Shown: positions 10,415 through 23,893, numbered from the stretch's first letter. The stretch is DNA of 64,000 nt from Scyliorhinus canicula (GCF_902713615.1 NC_052149.1:127413256-127477255); one strand, 5' to 3'. The notes: a model not told the origin generated them from the sequence alone. Translations and numbers: made by a program.

Positions 10415-13026
10415 CGGACTTCTGGTGGCGACCATGCTGTGAAAGGTCGCATAGTTAGCAGCTCCCACTCTTGGTGGTTTTTTAAACGGCTTTTAAACTG
10501 GATTTTTGCGGAAATTATTTCTAACATAAGTGGATTAAAGTGAGAGGAGGAAAAGGCAACCCCGATCCAATGGAATTACGTTCAAAAAATAATCGCAAAA
10601 GAAGGAATCAAAAGTTGGTTGTAAGTGAGGATCTGAGCTTGGTGGCTGCAATGACAGAGAAGCGAGATCCAGCCCCATCGGTCCAATGGTCGATGGATAA
10701 GTTGGCAGCATACCTGGGTGAGAAGTTCGTCCAGTACCGTAAGGAGTGTGCGGAGGACCTGACCAAGGTGGTAGCCTTGATTAAGGAGGATGTCGACCGG
10801 ATGGAGGTGACAGTGACGGCCTAGGAACAGTCAATCCAAAAACTACAGGAGCAGGCGACGGAACAAGAGGAGCACTGGGATGGCACTGGGATGGCAAATT
10901 GGTATTTCACAAGATCGGCAAAAGCGGCTGCTGGAAAAGGTGGAGGACCTGGAGAATTGTTCCCGCAGGCAGATCATTTGGATCATTGGTCTGCCAGAGG
11001 GAAAGGAAGGATCGGATGCCGGTGCGTAGGTTGTGGAGATGTTCGAGAAAATGAAGGGGGCAGAGGCGTTCGACAGGTCGTTGGAGGTGGACTGGGCTCA
11101 CAGGGCACATGTGCGCAAGCCCCAGGGTTGTGAGCCCCCGAGGGCGATGGTGGTGATAGTGAGTGGGGGGTGGGGTGGGGTGGGGGGGGGTGCGTGGAGC
11201 ACAGGGTTTCTCTCTATGTGGATGACTTGCTGCTTTATGTTACAGACCCGGTGGGTGGAATGACCAAAACCATGGAGGTACGAGCAAAATTTGGGCTATT
11301 TTCAGGCTGCAAGTTGAATATGGTAAAAAGCGAGATGTTTGTGATCCAGGCACGGGGGCTAAAAAGGAGACTGAGGGAGTTACCTTTTAAAGTGGTGGAG
11401 GAGTTTTAGTTATTTAGGGATTCAAGTGGCTAAAGAGTGGGGGCAGCTCCACAAGTTAAATCTGGGCAAAGCGGTCGACCAAATGAAAGGGGATTTCGAA
11501 AGATGGGACACGCTCCCGCTGACGTTAGCGGGAAGGGTCCAAACGGTAAAGATGACAGTCCCCCCAAGACTGTTTTACTTTTTTCAATGCCTTCCCATTT
11601 CTGTCCCAAAGGCTTTTTTAAGAAAAATAAACATGTCAATTACAGGTTTTGTATGGTCGGGGAAAACCCCAAGAGTCGTGGCCAACATATTGATGGTCAG
11701 GAAGTGGATAGTGGGGGAGGGGTCGGCCTGGGAGTGAGTGGAAGCGACATCCTGCAAGGGTAGGAGTGTGGAGGCTTTACCCTGCCATTCTTGCCAGCTC
11801 GGTATTCTATGAGCCCTGTGGTGGTGACAGCCCTAAGGGTGTGGGGGCAATGCAAGCAGCACATGGGATTGGAGGGGGCATCAGTGTGGTCTCCGATCTG
11901 TAACAATCACCGGTTTATCCCGGGATGGCTGGATGGGGCTTCAGGTGGTGGCAGCAGGCAGGGATCGAGAGATTTGGGGATTTATTTATTCAGGAGTGTT
12001 TTCCGACCTTGAAGGCACTAGAGGAGGAGTTTGAGCTACCGGGCGGAAATGGATTTCGATATCTGCAGGTCCGGGACTTTGTACGAAGGCAGGTTCCAAG
12101 CTTCCCTCGCCTCCCCCTGAGGGGACTAAGGATAAAGTGATGCTAAAACTTGGGTTGGAAAGGGGAGGATTTCGGAGATATACAAGGAGTTCATGGAGTG
12201 GGAGGGAGCCCCGATCAGGGAGGTGAAGCGGAAGTGGGAAGAGGAGCTGGGAAAAGAGCTGAAAATGGAAAAGTGGGAAAAAGCCTTGAAGAAAGTCAAT
12301 TCATCCTCGTCGTGTGCCAGACTTAGCCTGATCCAGTTCGAAGTGGTCCACTGGGCCACATGACGATAGCCCGGATGAGCAGGTTCTTTGAGGAGGTGGA
12401 GGATAGATGTGGGCAGTTGGGGGGTAGCCCGGCGAACCATGTACATATGTCCTGGGCATGTCCGAAGTTGAGGGGATACTGGCAGGGATTTGCGGACATT
12501 ATGTCAGAAGTCCTGGAAGGGAGGTTAACTCCGAGTCCAGAACTGGCAATATTTGGGGTATTGGATGATTCGGGGGCCAAGGGGGGAAGGGAGGCCGATG
12601 TCTTGGCCTTCTCCTCCCTGGTGGCCCGGAGACGGATTTTGCTGGGATGGAGGGACTCGGAGCCCCCAATGTCAGGAGTGTGGGTCAGTGATATAGCAGG
12701 GTTTCTCAGTCTGGAGAAAATCAAGTTCGCCTTGGGAGGATCAATTCAGGGGTTCGAACAGAGATGGCAACCGTTCATCAACTTCTTCAAAGAAAATTGA
12801 ACATCAGCAGTAAAGGTGGGGGGGGGGGGAAGAAAATAGGAGGCATGGCAGTGTTAGATAAGGACAGGGAACTCAGTATACGGGTAATTAGGGAATAGGG
12901 CGTGGGCAGTAGGGTACATTGTTTTTTAGGTTTTCTGCATGTGTCGGCCCACGCAGTTGTTTAGGAAATGTTAATGTGTTAAATTGTGAAAATTATAAAT
13001 GCTTCAATAAAATATTTTCTAAAAAC
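10415..13026 (+). mobile_element. Internally deleted L1-clade LINE in the J-C intron
   Basis: ORF1 remnant, HRVSLYVDD RT remnant, HMSWACP C-terminus, AATAAA at 13006; 15-bp TSD AAATTATGAAGG(G/T)AA at 10400-10414 and 13027-13041. Confidence 0.85.
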
Positions 13027-13560
13027 AAATTATGAAGGTAATAGATAGGATAGATGCGGGCAGGTTGTTTCCACTGGCAGGTGAAAGCAGAACTAGGGGA
13101 CATAGCCTCAAAATAAGGGGAAGTAGATTTAGAACTGAGTTTAGGAGGAACTTGTGAATCTATGGAATTCCTTGCCCAGTGAAGCAGTTGAGGCTCTTTC
13201 ATTAAATGTTTTTAAGATAAAGATAGATAGTTTTTTGAAGAATAAAGGAATAAAAGGTTCTGGTGTTCAGGCAGGAATGTCCGCAAAAGATCAGCCATGA
13301 TCTCAGTGAGTGGTGGAGTAGGCTCGAGGGGCCAGATGACCTACTCCTGCTCCTAGTTTGTCAGTCAGCCAAACCTCTACCCATGCCAGGATCTTACCCT
13401 TAACACCATGGGCTCTTAACTTACTGAACAGTTTCCTATGCGGCACCTTGTCAAAGGATTCATTCTTAGTTATCCTCTAGCAATGTTGCACAAATTTAAA
13501 ACGTTTACTCTTGGTCTATCTTTACCCTTTTCCATAACTACTCTAAGTCTAACTGAACCA

Positions 13561-13745
13561 GGGGCTGGTTTAGCTCACAAAGCTAAATCGCTGGCTTTTA
13601 AAGCAGACCAACCAGGCCAGCAGCACGGTTCGATTCCCGTACCAGCCTCCCCGGACAGGCGCTGGAATGTGGCGACTAGGGGCTTTTCACAGTAACTTCA
13701 TTGAAGCCTACTCGTGACAATAAGCGATTTTCATTTTTTTCATTC
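13561..13745 (+). mobile_element. Short (~190 bp) tRNA-derived SINE (others at ~7680-7870- and 43278-43447+)
   Basis: Three similar copies with GGTTCGATTCCC B-box and TTTTCA tail. Confidence 0.7.
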
Positions 13746-13999
13746 ATTCAATTATGATCACTATTACCCAAATACTGCCCCACTGACACCCCTTCACCTG
13801 CTCAGATTCATTCCCTAAATATGGCCAAAACTACTCCTCTTGTTGGGATTGTTCTGTACTGGTTAAAAATGTTCCCCGGAATGGATTGTCAGAATTCTTC
13901 ATCATCGATAAATTGACACTGATTTGATCTCAGTTAATATTCGGGAATTTAAAATACCTTAAAATGGCAGCAAATAAAATTATTTATTTTCTCTTTCAG

Positions 14000-14328
14000 G
14001 CCGTGAGAATTCACAACCCACACTGACCCTGCTGCCCCCCTCCCCGGAGGAGGTCAAGACCAAGGGCACTGCCACCCTGGTGTGCCTTGCCAATCACTTC
14101 TATCCCGATGAGCTGGTGGTGGAGTGGAAGAAGGATGGTGCAGCCATTTCAGACGGGGTTCAGACCAGCAACTACCTGCGAGCTTCGGACAACACCTACA
14201 GCGTCAGCAGCCTGCTGACCCTCTCTGGCTCTGCCTGGGAGTCCAACGCCAGCTTCTCCTGTGCCCTCACCCACGTGAGCCTCTCCTCTGCCCTCAGCAA
14301 GAGCATCAGGAGATCAGAATGTGCGTAG
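14000..14328 (+). CDS. IGKC: Ig kappa-type constant exon, cluster 1
   Basis: Polypyrimidine tract and AG at 13998-13999; (S)RENSQPTLTLLPPSPEEVKTKGTATLVCLANHFYP...FSCALTH...RSECA*; C1-set Cys pair and penultimate Cys. Confidence 0.96.
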
Positions 14329-14576
14329 AGTGTTAGAGACAGTCCACAGAGGAGACACAACTTTAAATAGAACAGGGGTGAGCTGGGAGGACAAAGGTCA
14401 TTGTCAGCACTGAATTAAAACTCTCTTCCTCCTCGGGACTGAGTCTGAGACACTTCCAAGGGTCAAGGGTTAAGACACTTTATTGGAACAGAGTAGTAGG
14501 AGGTTTCCTCTGAATCTAACCCCGTGCTGTACCTGTTCTGGGAGAGTTTGTGGGACAGTGCAGACTCGTGATACCA

Positions 14577-14582
14577 AATAAA
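14577..14582 (+). terminator. Proximal polyadenylation signal of C1 (further AATAAA at 14759 and 14854)
   Basis: AATAAA ~250 nt after the C1 stop codon. Confidence 0.6.
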
Positions 14583-14863
14583 ACCTCTCTAAGACGTTGA
14601 AGACTGTCAGCTTTACAAAAATAATGTGACCCTCTGAAGTCTCTGCTTCAGGAAACCAGACCTCCTTCCTGCTCACCCTGCAGTTACAATTGAAGTTTTA
14701 GTCACTGTTTAAAGGGACAGGATTCTCATGTTATTGAGAAAATCTCCACAAGTGTTTTAATAAACCTCCTTTCTCTCTGTGAATTTCTCCAGCTTCCTCT
14801 GGCTGGGCTGTTTATTCAAGTCTTTCTTCTGACAATGTAAATCTGTAAAAGATAATAAACATT

Positions 14864-15050
14864 AAGAATATTCAGTATGTGTCTCGTGCGTGCTTTGGAA
14901 ATGTCCCTCCTCCCCATCAGCTGATTGGCTGCATTTCAGCAAGCGATTGTCATGATTGGCTGGTTGGCCTGTCAATCAATGACACATCAGCAGAAGATTG
15001 GATTTAAAGACATGTATCAATCATTTTAAAATGATCAGTTTTATCTGGAA
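14864..15050. promoter_or_regulatory. Conserved 3' flank element downstream of C (paralog at ~32725-32920, inverted); candidate enhancer
   Basis: Strong similarity between clusters; three ATTGG boxes (14924, 14955, 14997) and a CAGCTG E-box; function inferred only. Confidence 0.4.
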
Positions 15051-15268
15051 TCCCTCCCTTCCACGAGCCCACCTGACAAACTTCCTCTAATTCTCCCCCC
15101 TGCCCGGGCCCTGAACTCACATCTTTCTCTAGTTTCTCTCCGATCTCCCCTCGTGCCCTCTCTGAGCTCATCTTGTCCATGAGACCCACCTCCTTCTCTC
15201 AGCTCTTTGGCTGCAGAAACCCTCATCCATGTCTCCGTTACCTCGTGACGTGACTATTCCAATACACT

Positions 15269-15530
15269 TGTGGTGAATGCAATTCACCTAATGCATGAGC
15301 TGTCTGTACTGCCTGTATAATAATGTGACCCATGACCTGGAAGTGATGATACAAGCTACTTCCAGGTACTGTACTCCGCCTCTGGCTCCGCCCTCACCGG
15401 GGCCATATACAGTCCGGCCACCTGTGGGTGGCACTCATTTATACAGTCGACTCTGGCAGGCGAGTTCATGGATATTAAAGCCTAATGTTCACTCGTTCTC
15501 ACTGTCTCACAATGAATTAACGGTATCACA
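15269..15530 (+). mobile_element. Solo LTR, related to the 41596 LTR
   Basis: TGTGGTGAAT...ATCACA, perfect 5-bp TSD ACACT. Confidence 0.85.
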
Positions 15531-15809
15531 ACACTCTTGGCTGCTCTCCCACATCCTACCCTCCGGAAACATGAGCTCATCCAAAACTCTGCTGTCCCAG
15601 CCTGAACTCCCACCAAGTCCCGTTCCCCTATCACCCCCTGTGCTCACTGACCCACACTGGCTCCTGGTCCAGCAATGTCTTGGTTTTAAAATTCTCATCC
15701 TTGTTTTCCAATCCCTCCATGTCCTCGCCCCTCCCTATCTCTGGAATCTCCTCCAGCCCCACAACCCTCCGAGATATCTGCGCTCCTCTAATTCTGGCCT
15801 CTTGTACAT

Positions 15810-18800
15810 TCCTTTTTTTTTAATGTTTCCATTGAAGTTTTCTGTTCATGACAGACAAATCTAATCAATACACAGTTGTATCAACTATAAGAAAGGTTAT
15901 AAATAACTTACACCCTTTTACTATACTTACCCGAAATGTGATCGAAATATACACTCGTGTCTTCAAAGAATAAAAAATCTAAAAGAAAAGAAATACGAAA
16001 AAAGAGATAAGTTGTCTTTACGTTTGAGTAACCAGCGTTGTACAGAAACAGTCCGAGCTGCCCCTTTGTAACCTGAGGCGGGAGATACTCACTGCGCATC
16101 GCACCCCAGGGTGGAGTGACAGCGCAGTTAAGCCCTTTGTATGGCAGCATTGCTGTGTTGTCGTTTGTGGGCACCCTCACCCCCCCCCCCCCCCCCCCCC
16201 CCCCCCCCGCCCCCAGTGTATTGTGACGATTTCCCCTCCTCTTTGCTGTGGTGTAGGTGTCCCCTCCTCTCCCCCGCCCCCCCCCCCTCTAACCTCACAC
16301 CCCTCGTCCCCCTCTTACCTTCTCTGATTATTCCTCTCCCCCACCTCACTCTCTGCCTCCCCCCTGCTCCCCTCCACCCCGCCCCCCTCCAGTTGCTGGT
16401 CATCAACAGGTCTTCAAAGTGTCTGGTGAATTGCTTCCATGTGTAAGCGAACCCTTCATCCGATCCCCGATGGTGAATTTTAATTTTTCTAGTTTCAGGG
16501 ACTCCGCTAGGTCGGATAGCCAGTCTGAGTCCCTAGGTGGCGCTGCCGTCCTCCATCTGAGCAGACATCTCCGCTGGGCAATCAGGGTAGTGAAGGCCAG
16601 GCTGTCGGCCCCTTTCCCCACAAAGAGCTTGGAATGCTCCGATACACCAGAGGCCGCCCCTAAGTAGCATGGCTCCATTTTCACCCTCATCACCCTGGAC
16701 ATGGCCTCAAAGAAGGTCATCCAGAACCCAATGCGTTTGGGGAAGGATCAGAACATGTCGGTGTGGTTGGCCGAATCTCCCTGACACCGCTCACGCTTGT
16801 CCTCCACCTCTGGAAGAACCTGCTCATGCGTATTCTAGTTAGGTATACCCTGTTCACCACCTTTAGTTGCGTTAGGCTGAGCCCTGCGCATGAGGAGGTG
16901 GAGTTCACCCTGTGCAGAGCCCTCCTTCTAGCTCTAGGCCTAGTTATTCCTCCCATCTTTCTCATGTTTCATCCATTGGGGCCCTTACCTCTCCTAACAG
17001 TCGTCCATATATGTTGGCACATTCACCGTCCCTTAGTTGGTCCTGGGCTAATAGTCTGTCAGGGTATCTGGGGGAATGTTGTGGTCTCCTTGTTTAGGAA
17101 GTCCCGTAACTGGAGGTAGAGGAGTTTGTTCTGTTTCAGGAGCTGAAGCTTCTCCGCTAGTTCCCTCAGGGTTGCCATTTTACTGTCCGTGCACTCCCTT
17201 ACTGTCAGCACCCTGCGTCCTTCTCCACACTTTGTAAGTAGTGTCCATCTTTGCTGGGGCAAATCAATGGTTTCTGTAGATGGGGCATGTTACTGAGTTT
17301 GAAATGGTGCCTGAGCTGGTTCCAGGTCCTTAATGTGGCCACTACCACCGGGCTCCCTGAGTATGTGGTGGAAGGGCTGGGAGTGGGGCAGTGGGCCCAG
17401 AGGGACATCCCCATATCCTAGGCCTCATCCATCTGCACCCATTCTGCTTTAGGCTCTCCCAACTAGCCTCACACCCTCTGTGTGTTCACTGCCCTGCGGT
17501 AGAATAGGAGGTTTGGCAGAGCCAAGCCTCCCATGTGCTGCACTCTCTGTAGGATGATTTTCTGTATCCGCGGGTTCTTTCCAGCCCAGATGAAGGCCAT
17601 GAACGGTCTATCCACTCTGGTGAAGAAGGATTTAGGGATGAAGATCGGGAGTGATCTGAAGAAGAAGAGGAACCTCGGCAGAAGGATCATTTCTATCTTC
17701 TGCCCTCTTTCCGCCAGGGAGAGCGGGAGTGAGTCCCATCCCTGTAGGTCCCACTTCTGCTCCCTCATCAGGCTGGTTAGGTTTCACTGATGGAGCCGTG
17801 CCCAATTGTGGACTATCTGGATCCCCAGCTACCTGAACTTGGTTTGGACCAGTTTGAATGGCAGGGTCCCCAGCTCTGCTCCTCCCCCCCAGGGCTTCAC
17901 GGGGAAGATTTCTCTCTTGCTCGGGTTTAATTTGTATCCCGAGAAGGCTCCGTACTCCATCAGGAGTTCCATAATCCTGCCCATGCTGGCTAGGTGGTTC
18001 GAGACGTATCGGAGCAGGTCATCCATATAGATTGAGACTCTGTGATCCCTGCCTCCCTTTGGAATGCCCATCCATCCCTTTGCTGATCTGAGAGCGATGG
18101 CCAGTGGCTGAATTACCAGAGTGAACAGCAGCGGGGACAACGGGCATCCCAGCCTCGCGCCTCTGTGCAGCTGGAAATATTCTGAGCTGGTGGCATTTGT
18201 TCGCACGCTCCATGGGAGCGCTGTGGAGGTTTGACTCACAAAGTGAACACTGGCCCAAACCAAAACTCTTCAGGCACCTCCATGAGGTACCTCCATTCCA
18301 CTCGATCGAAGACTTTCTCAGCATCCAGGGAGACGATCACTTCTGGTGTTCTCTCCCCGAGTGGGGGCACAATCACATTCAGCAGGCGTCTGATGTTTGC
18401 TGTTGACTGTCTACCCTTGACAAACCCGGTCTGGTCTTCCACGATCACATCTGGCAAGTGCCTCTCCGGTCGCCTCGTCAGAGCTTTTGCCAAGACTTCC
18501 CCATCAGGGATCAGGAGCGAGGTAGGTCTGCATGACCCACACTACATTGGGTCTTTGTCTTTTTTGGGGATCAGCGAGACCAAGACCTGTGCCAGCGTGG
18601 GCGGCAGGACCGCTCGACAGCGGGTCATTGAGCACGTCCCACAGGTACGGGGCCAGTGCTGCCACAAACTTCTTCTAGAAATTCACCGGGAACCCATCCG
18701 GTCCTGCTGCCTTCCCTGGCTGCATGGCATTTATGCATTCCACAATCTCTCCCAGTCCTCATGCTGCTTCCAATCTCTGTCTCTTTTCCGCCCCTGCAGC

Positions 18801-20260
18801 TGGTATGTCCAGCCTGTCGAGGAACTGTTTCATCTTCCAGTCCCTCGCCAGGGGCTCGGAGGTGTACAGTCCCCGAGTAAAAGTTTGCAAAGGCTCTGCT
18901 GATCTCGTCTGGAGCCATGACCACCCTACCATAGAATAGAATCTCTGCAGTGCAGAAGGAGGCCATTCAGCCCATCAAGTCTGCACCAGCCCTTGGAAAA
19001 TGCACCCTACCTAAGACCATGCTTCCACCCTATCCCTGTAACTCAGTAACCCCACCTAACCTTTTGGACACACTGGGCAATTTAACATGGCCAATCCACC
19101 TGACCTGTACATCTTTGGACTGTGGGAGGAAACCGGAGCACCCGGAGGAAACACACGCAGACACGGGGAGAAAGTGCAAACTCCACAGTCACCCAAGGTT
19201 GGAATTGAACCCAGGTCCCTGGAGCAGTGAGGCAGCAGTGCTAACCACAATGTCACTGTTCCCATCCCTCACCTGTGCTAACTTTCTTGTGGCGACCTTC
19301 CTCCTCAGCTGGTGTGCTGGTCGTCGACTGACCTTGTCTACGTGCTCCTAGAAGGCCCCTGTGTGGCAGAGCTGGTTCACTGCGTTCCCAGTGGAGAGCA
19401 GGTCAAATTCCATTTGTGTTTTTTTCCTCTCCACCAGCAGCTCCATGTTCCGGGCAGTGGAGTATCTCCGATCCATTTCCAATATGGAGTCGACCAGCTG
19501 CTGTCTAGCCACCCTTTCCTTCCTATTCTCTCAGAGATCTGTACACTATTATTTCCCCCCTGATCATTACCTTCAGTGCCTCTCAGAACATGGAGAGTGA
19601 GACCTCCCCGTTTTAGGCACAGGTTACATACGCATTGCTGGCTTGTGACATTCTTTCACAAAACACCTTGTCGGTGAGGAGGGCCGTGTCCAACCTCCGT
19701 AGGAGATGCTGGGCCCAACCCATCTCCAACTTCACATCCATGTAGTGTGGCATGTGGTCCGAGATGACTATTGCGAAGTATTCCGCCCCTACCATCCCTG
19801 GAAGCACCAACTTACCCACTACAAAGAAGTCGATACGGGAGTAGATTTTATAAACGTGGGAGAAGAAGAAGATGGTTGCAACCCCACAGGTCCAGCACCA
19901 CCCCCTCCCACCCCCCACCGCCCCCCTCCCCACCACCCCCCTCCCAGGGTTTGGTTCCTGTTCTAGAGCTGGATTTGTCTGTTTTTATGTCCTGTACGCA
20001 GCTGAAGTCTCCCCCCATGATGAGCTGGTAGGTCATGGGTCTCACCATTGTTTCTTTTAATGATGTCAGCATCATCCCATTTATGTTTACAAGCACCTCT
20101 TCCAGGATCCCACTAACCATCACGTATCGGCCTGCTGGGTCCATCACTGCGACCGTCGCTGTGAGTGCTTCTCGTTTGTAAATAATATGGCCACCCCCCC
20201 TCGCCCTTTTGTCAAAGCTTGTCTGATAAGTAAGTCTGTCCGACCTGTTTTGTTATGCTT
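15810..20260 (-). mobile_element. Degenerate L1-clade LINE ORF2 fragments, interrupted by a SINE (~18930-19260)
   Basis: EN (GGDF, ISDH), RT (RLGCPLSP, YMDD) and C-terminal fragments; poly(T) on plus at ~15812. Confidence 0.8.
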
Positions 20261-21155
20261 CTTGACGTAGCATAAGCTACTTCCTTGGGGGTAAGCTAAA
20301 TATCTTGGATAAGCTAAATATCCTATAACATCCTTCAGCACTATCCACAACTCCACCGACCTTCGTGTCATCTGCAAATTTACTAACCCATCCTTCTACA
20401 CCCTCTTCCAGGTCATTTATAAAAATGACAAACAGCAGTGGCCCCAAAACAGATCCTTGCGGTACACCACTAGTAACTGAAGTTACTGTGAAAGTCACCA
20501 CGCTATGGTGCCTGTTCGGGTACACGGAGGGAGAATTCAGAATGTCCAAATCACTTAACAGCATGTCTTTCAGGACTTGTGGGAGGAAACCGGAGCACTC
20601 GGAGGAAACCCACGCAGAGACGGGGAGAACGTGCAGACTCTGCACAGACAGTGACCCAAGCTGGGAATCAAACCTGGTGCTGTGAAACAACAGTGCTAAC
20701 CACTGCTACCCTGTATGTAGCACAGTGTTGGTGTAGGGGGAGGGGGTGGGCATGCAATACCATTCCCGCTGCCGGCAGAGCCGCTGACAGCTCGCTTTAA
20801 ACCTGATGCCCGGGGTTGTACAGGTGACCCCCACTCTGGCCCCAGCCAGCCCATCAGCTGTATGGGCCTCCAGCACAACCTGTCCCTTCTTTTCGGCCCC
20901 GATCAGTGTGTGTGTGTGGGAGGTGTATGTTAATGCGCGGCTGCAGCTTGTCAATCTTGCCAGTGTCCATCACGGGCCAGGCAAATCCAGCACCGTTTTT
21001 CATGGGCACGTGGCACCAGTGCTAGCCCCTCACCGGTAGAGGAATCGGTGCAGGTGCGGCGCCTATTTTCTTGTGGTAAAAGTCCACAGATTCTCCATTG
21101 GCGTCAACACTAAGTCGCAGAAACGGAGAATCCCGCCCGTTGTGTTTGGTCCTTT

Positions 21156-21854
21156 GGGCGGAATTCTCCGCTCCCGTGAAAAATCGGGAAGGCCGTCGTG
21201 AACTCGGCCGAGTTTCATGACGGCCTCGGAGGCCGCTCCCCTCACCTTATTCACCCCCACCCGGGGGGCTACGAGCGGCGCTCCATAACTCTCGGCCGCC
21301 GGGCCTTGACGCTTGCGTCAAGGTGGCGCACCGAGAATGATGCGACAGGGGCACCTAAGTGACGTCAGCCGCGCATGCGCAGGTTGGCCGGTTCCAATCC
21401 GCGCATGTGCGGCTGACGTCACGATGGCTGACGGCTCAAACCCGCGCATGCGCGGTTGCCGTCTTCCCCTCCGCTGCCCTGCAAGACGTGGTGGCTTGAT
21501 CTTGCAGGGCGGCGGAGGGGAAAGAGTGCGTCGCTTTGAGACGCCGGCCCGACGATCGGTGGGCACCGATCGCGGGCCAGTCCCCTCCCAAGCACGGCCG
21601 TGGTGCTCACTCCCCTCTCCACCCCCCACAAGCTTCAAACGAGCATTTGGCGCCCATGTTCACAACGGCAGCGACCAGGTCTGGTTGCCACCATCGTGAT
21701 CGGTCGCGAACGGCAGGCCGCTCGGCCCATTCGGGTCGGAGAATCGCCGGTCGTCGTGAAAAACGGCGAGCGGGACGCAAGGGGGGCGTGTCGTGAGTCG
21801 CCTGGCCCTCCCAGCGATTCTCCCACCCGGCGTGGGGAGCGGAGAATCGCACCC
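21156..21854 (+). mobile_element. Harbinger-type MITE
   Basis: TIRs GGGCGGAATTCTCCGCTCCC / GGGAGCGGAGAATCGCACCC (17/20 match), 3-bp TSD TTT. Confidence 0.85.
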
Positions 21855-23230
21855 TTTGTACTTCACAAAGGAATTTACCAAACACTGTGACTTGTCCAAA
21901 CCAGAATCTTTTATTGAGTCTGGTTTGGGAAGATAGCAAACTGATACTGTATAGAGCACGTTATCATGGAGTCTGCTAACTACTCCCATGGAATCTTCAT
22001 CCAGCACCGACCAATCACTTGTATGTCTTATTACCCCCTCAATCTTCTCCTGAAGGTGGTGGGATGTGTCTCCCTTATATGGGAGTCGCTGGTCACATGA
22101 TCTTGGTCTGGAGCCCCGTGTGCTGTATGTCGGTCCCTCTCGTTCTGGTGTGGCTGGTGTTTCTTTGCCTCGTGCGCTGCCGTCTTGACCGCTTGTTTCC
22201 CCTGGTTTCTGCCGCTTTTTGTCTCTTTCCAGCCTCTGGAGTTGCTGATGCTCAGCATTGTCTCTTGTGCTGCTGTTGGATAGGGTTGGGAGATACTTTT
22301 TCCCCTGTTCTTGCGGGCCACTTTGAGTAAAAGAGCCTAATTCCGGGTTTTTAGGAGGAGTGCCACCTTTCGTGCATCCACCCACCACATTCCCATCACC
22401 TGAATTCCCAAAATCCATATCCAAAAAATGCACGATTTGGATTCTCCGTCCCTGAGACGAAGTGTTGACCCTGGGGCAGGATTGGTGGACTTCCACAACA
22501 ACAAAACTGTCCCCGCACCGGGACCGATTCAGCGACTGTGGAGGAGCTAGCATCGGCGCCACGTGGAACACAATCGATTCCAATGAGAAACGGTGCCGGA
22601 TTCGCCGGGACTGTGATTGACACTCAGGAGGCTGACAAGCTGCAGCTGCATAAACACACTGCACTCCCCACACACACCATCACAGACAACAAGATGGCAG
22701 CAAGGACAACGGCGCGAGATTCACAAACGCCGAGCTAGAGACCCTCCATGATGCAGTGGAGGAGAGGTGGTCAAATCCTGTACCCCTGCCCGGGAAGGAG
22801 GCCGCCAGCCGCTGCCATTTGCCATTCCTGGACACAGGGGGTAGAGGCGGTCAGCGCCGTGGGCAACACCATCCAGACTGGCCACCAGTGCCGGATGAAA
22901 CTGCACAACCTCCTCAGGGCGGCCAGGGTGAGTAGGCAGCACTGTGGCCCTGGCATTAAACCCCGTCACCCACACCCGTAACTACCCACCCAACCCGGAA
23001 AGTGGCCGGACCCCCCCCCCCCCCCGCCTGCACCAACATGGCCGGGTGCCGTGGCCACTGAGCCACCAGCTACAAGCAGTATTGCTTGCATCGGACTGTC
23101 TAACACTGACGCTTTTTGTTCAACCCCCCTCCCCTAGGAGAAACCCGGCCATAGGAGCTTCAGGGAAATAGTTACACCAAAGACTGGAGATAGATGGGTA
23201 ACTGTAAGAGGGACTGGGAAGAAGCAGTCA

Positions 23231-23893
23231 GTGCAGGGACCCCCTGCGGTCGTTCCCCTGAGTAACAAGTATACCGTTTTGGATACTTGTGGGGGGGACG
23301 ACTTACCAGGGGTAAGCCATGGGGTACGGGCCTCTGGCACGGAGTCTGTCCATGTTGCTCAGAAGGGAAGGGGGGAAAGGAGTAGAACATTAGTAATTGG
23401 GGACTCAATAGTCAGGGGCACAGATAGGAGATTTTGTGGGAGCGAGAGAGACTCACGTTTGGTATGTTGCCTCCCAGGTGCAAGGGTACGTGATGTCTCG
23501 GATCGTGTTTTCCGGGTCCTTAAGGGGGAGGGGGAGCAGCCCCAAGTCGTAGTCCACATTGGCACTAACGACATAGGTAGGAAAGGGGACAAGGATGTCA
23601 GGCAGGCCTTTAGGGAGCTAGGATGGAAGCTCAGAGCGAGAACAAACAGAGTTGTTATCTCTGGGTTGTTGCCCGTGCCACGTGATAGTGAGATGAGGAA
23701 TAGGGAGAGAGAGCAATTAAACACGTGGCTACAGGGATGGTGCAGGCGGGAGGGATTCAGATTTCTGGATAACTGGGGCTCTTTCTGGGGAAGGTGGGAC
23801 CTCTATAGACAGGATGGTCTACATCTGAACCTGAGGGGCACCAATATCCTGGGGGGGAGATTTGTTAGTGCTCTTTGGGGGGGTTTAAACTAA
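23231..23893 (+). CDS. CR1 ORF1 C-terminal SGNH/GDSL esterase-like domain (5'-truncated)
   Basis: GDSIVRG, HIGTNDIG and DGLHLN blocks typical of CR1 ORF1 esterase. Confidence 0.85.
   Translation: MQGPPAVVPLSNKYTVLDTCGGDDLPGVSHGVRASGTESVHVAQKGRGERSRTLVIGDSIVRGTDRRFCGSERDSRLVCCLPGARVRDVSDRVFRVLKGEGEQPQVVVHIGTNDIGRKGDKDVRQAFRELGWKLRARTNRVVISGLLPVPRDSEMRNREREQLNTWLQGWCRREGFRFLDNWGSFWGRWDLYRQDGLHLNLRGTNILGGRFVSALWGGLN

Noticed and set aside
16101-16114. Single CTCF-like motif (CCACCCTGGGGTGC, minus) downstream of C1
   Set aside because: Mismatches at key core positions, no upstream module, no paralogous copy seen in cluster 2
21141-22389. Possible ~550-bp LTR on minus, split by the MITE
   Set aside because: TG..CA-like ends, but no TSD and no second copy in the window
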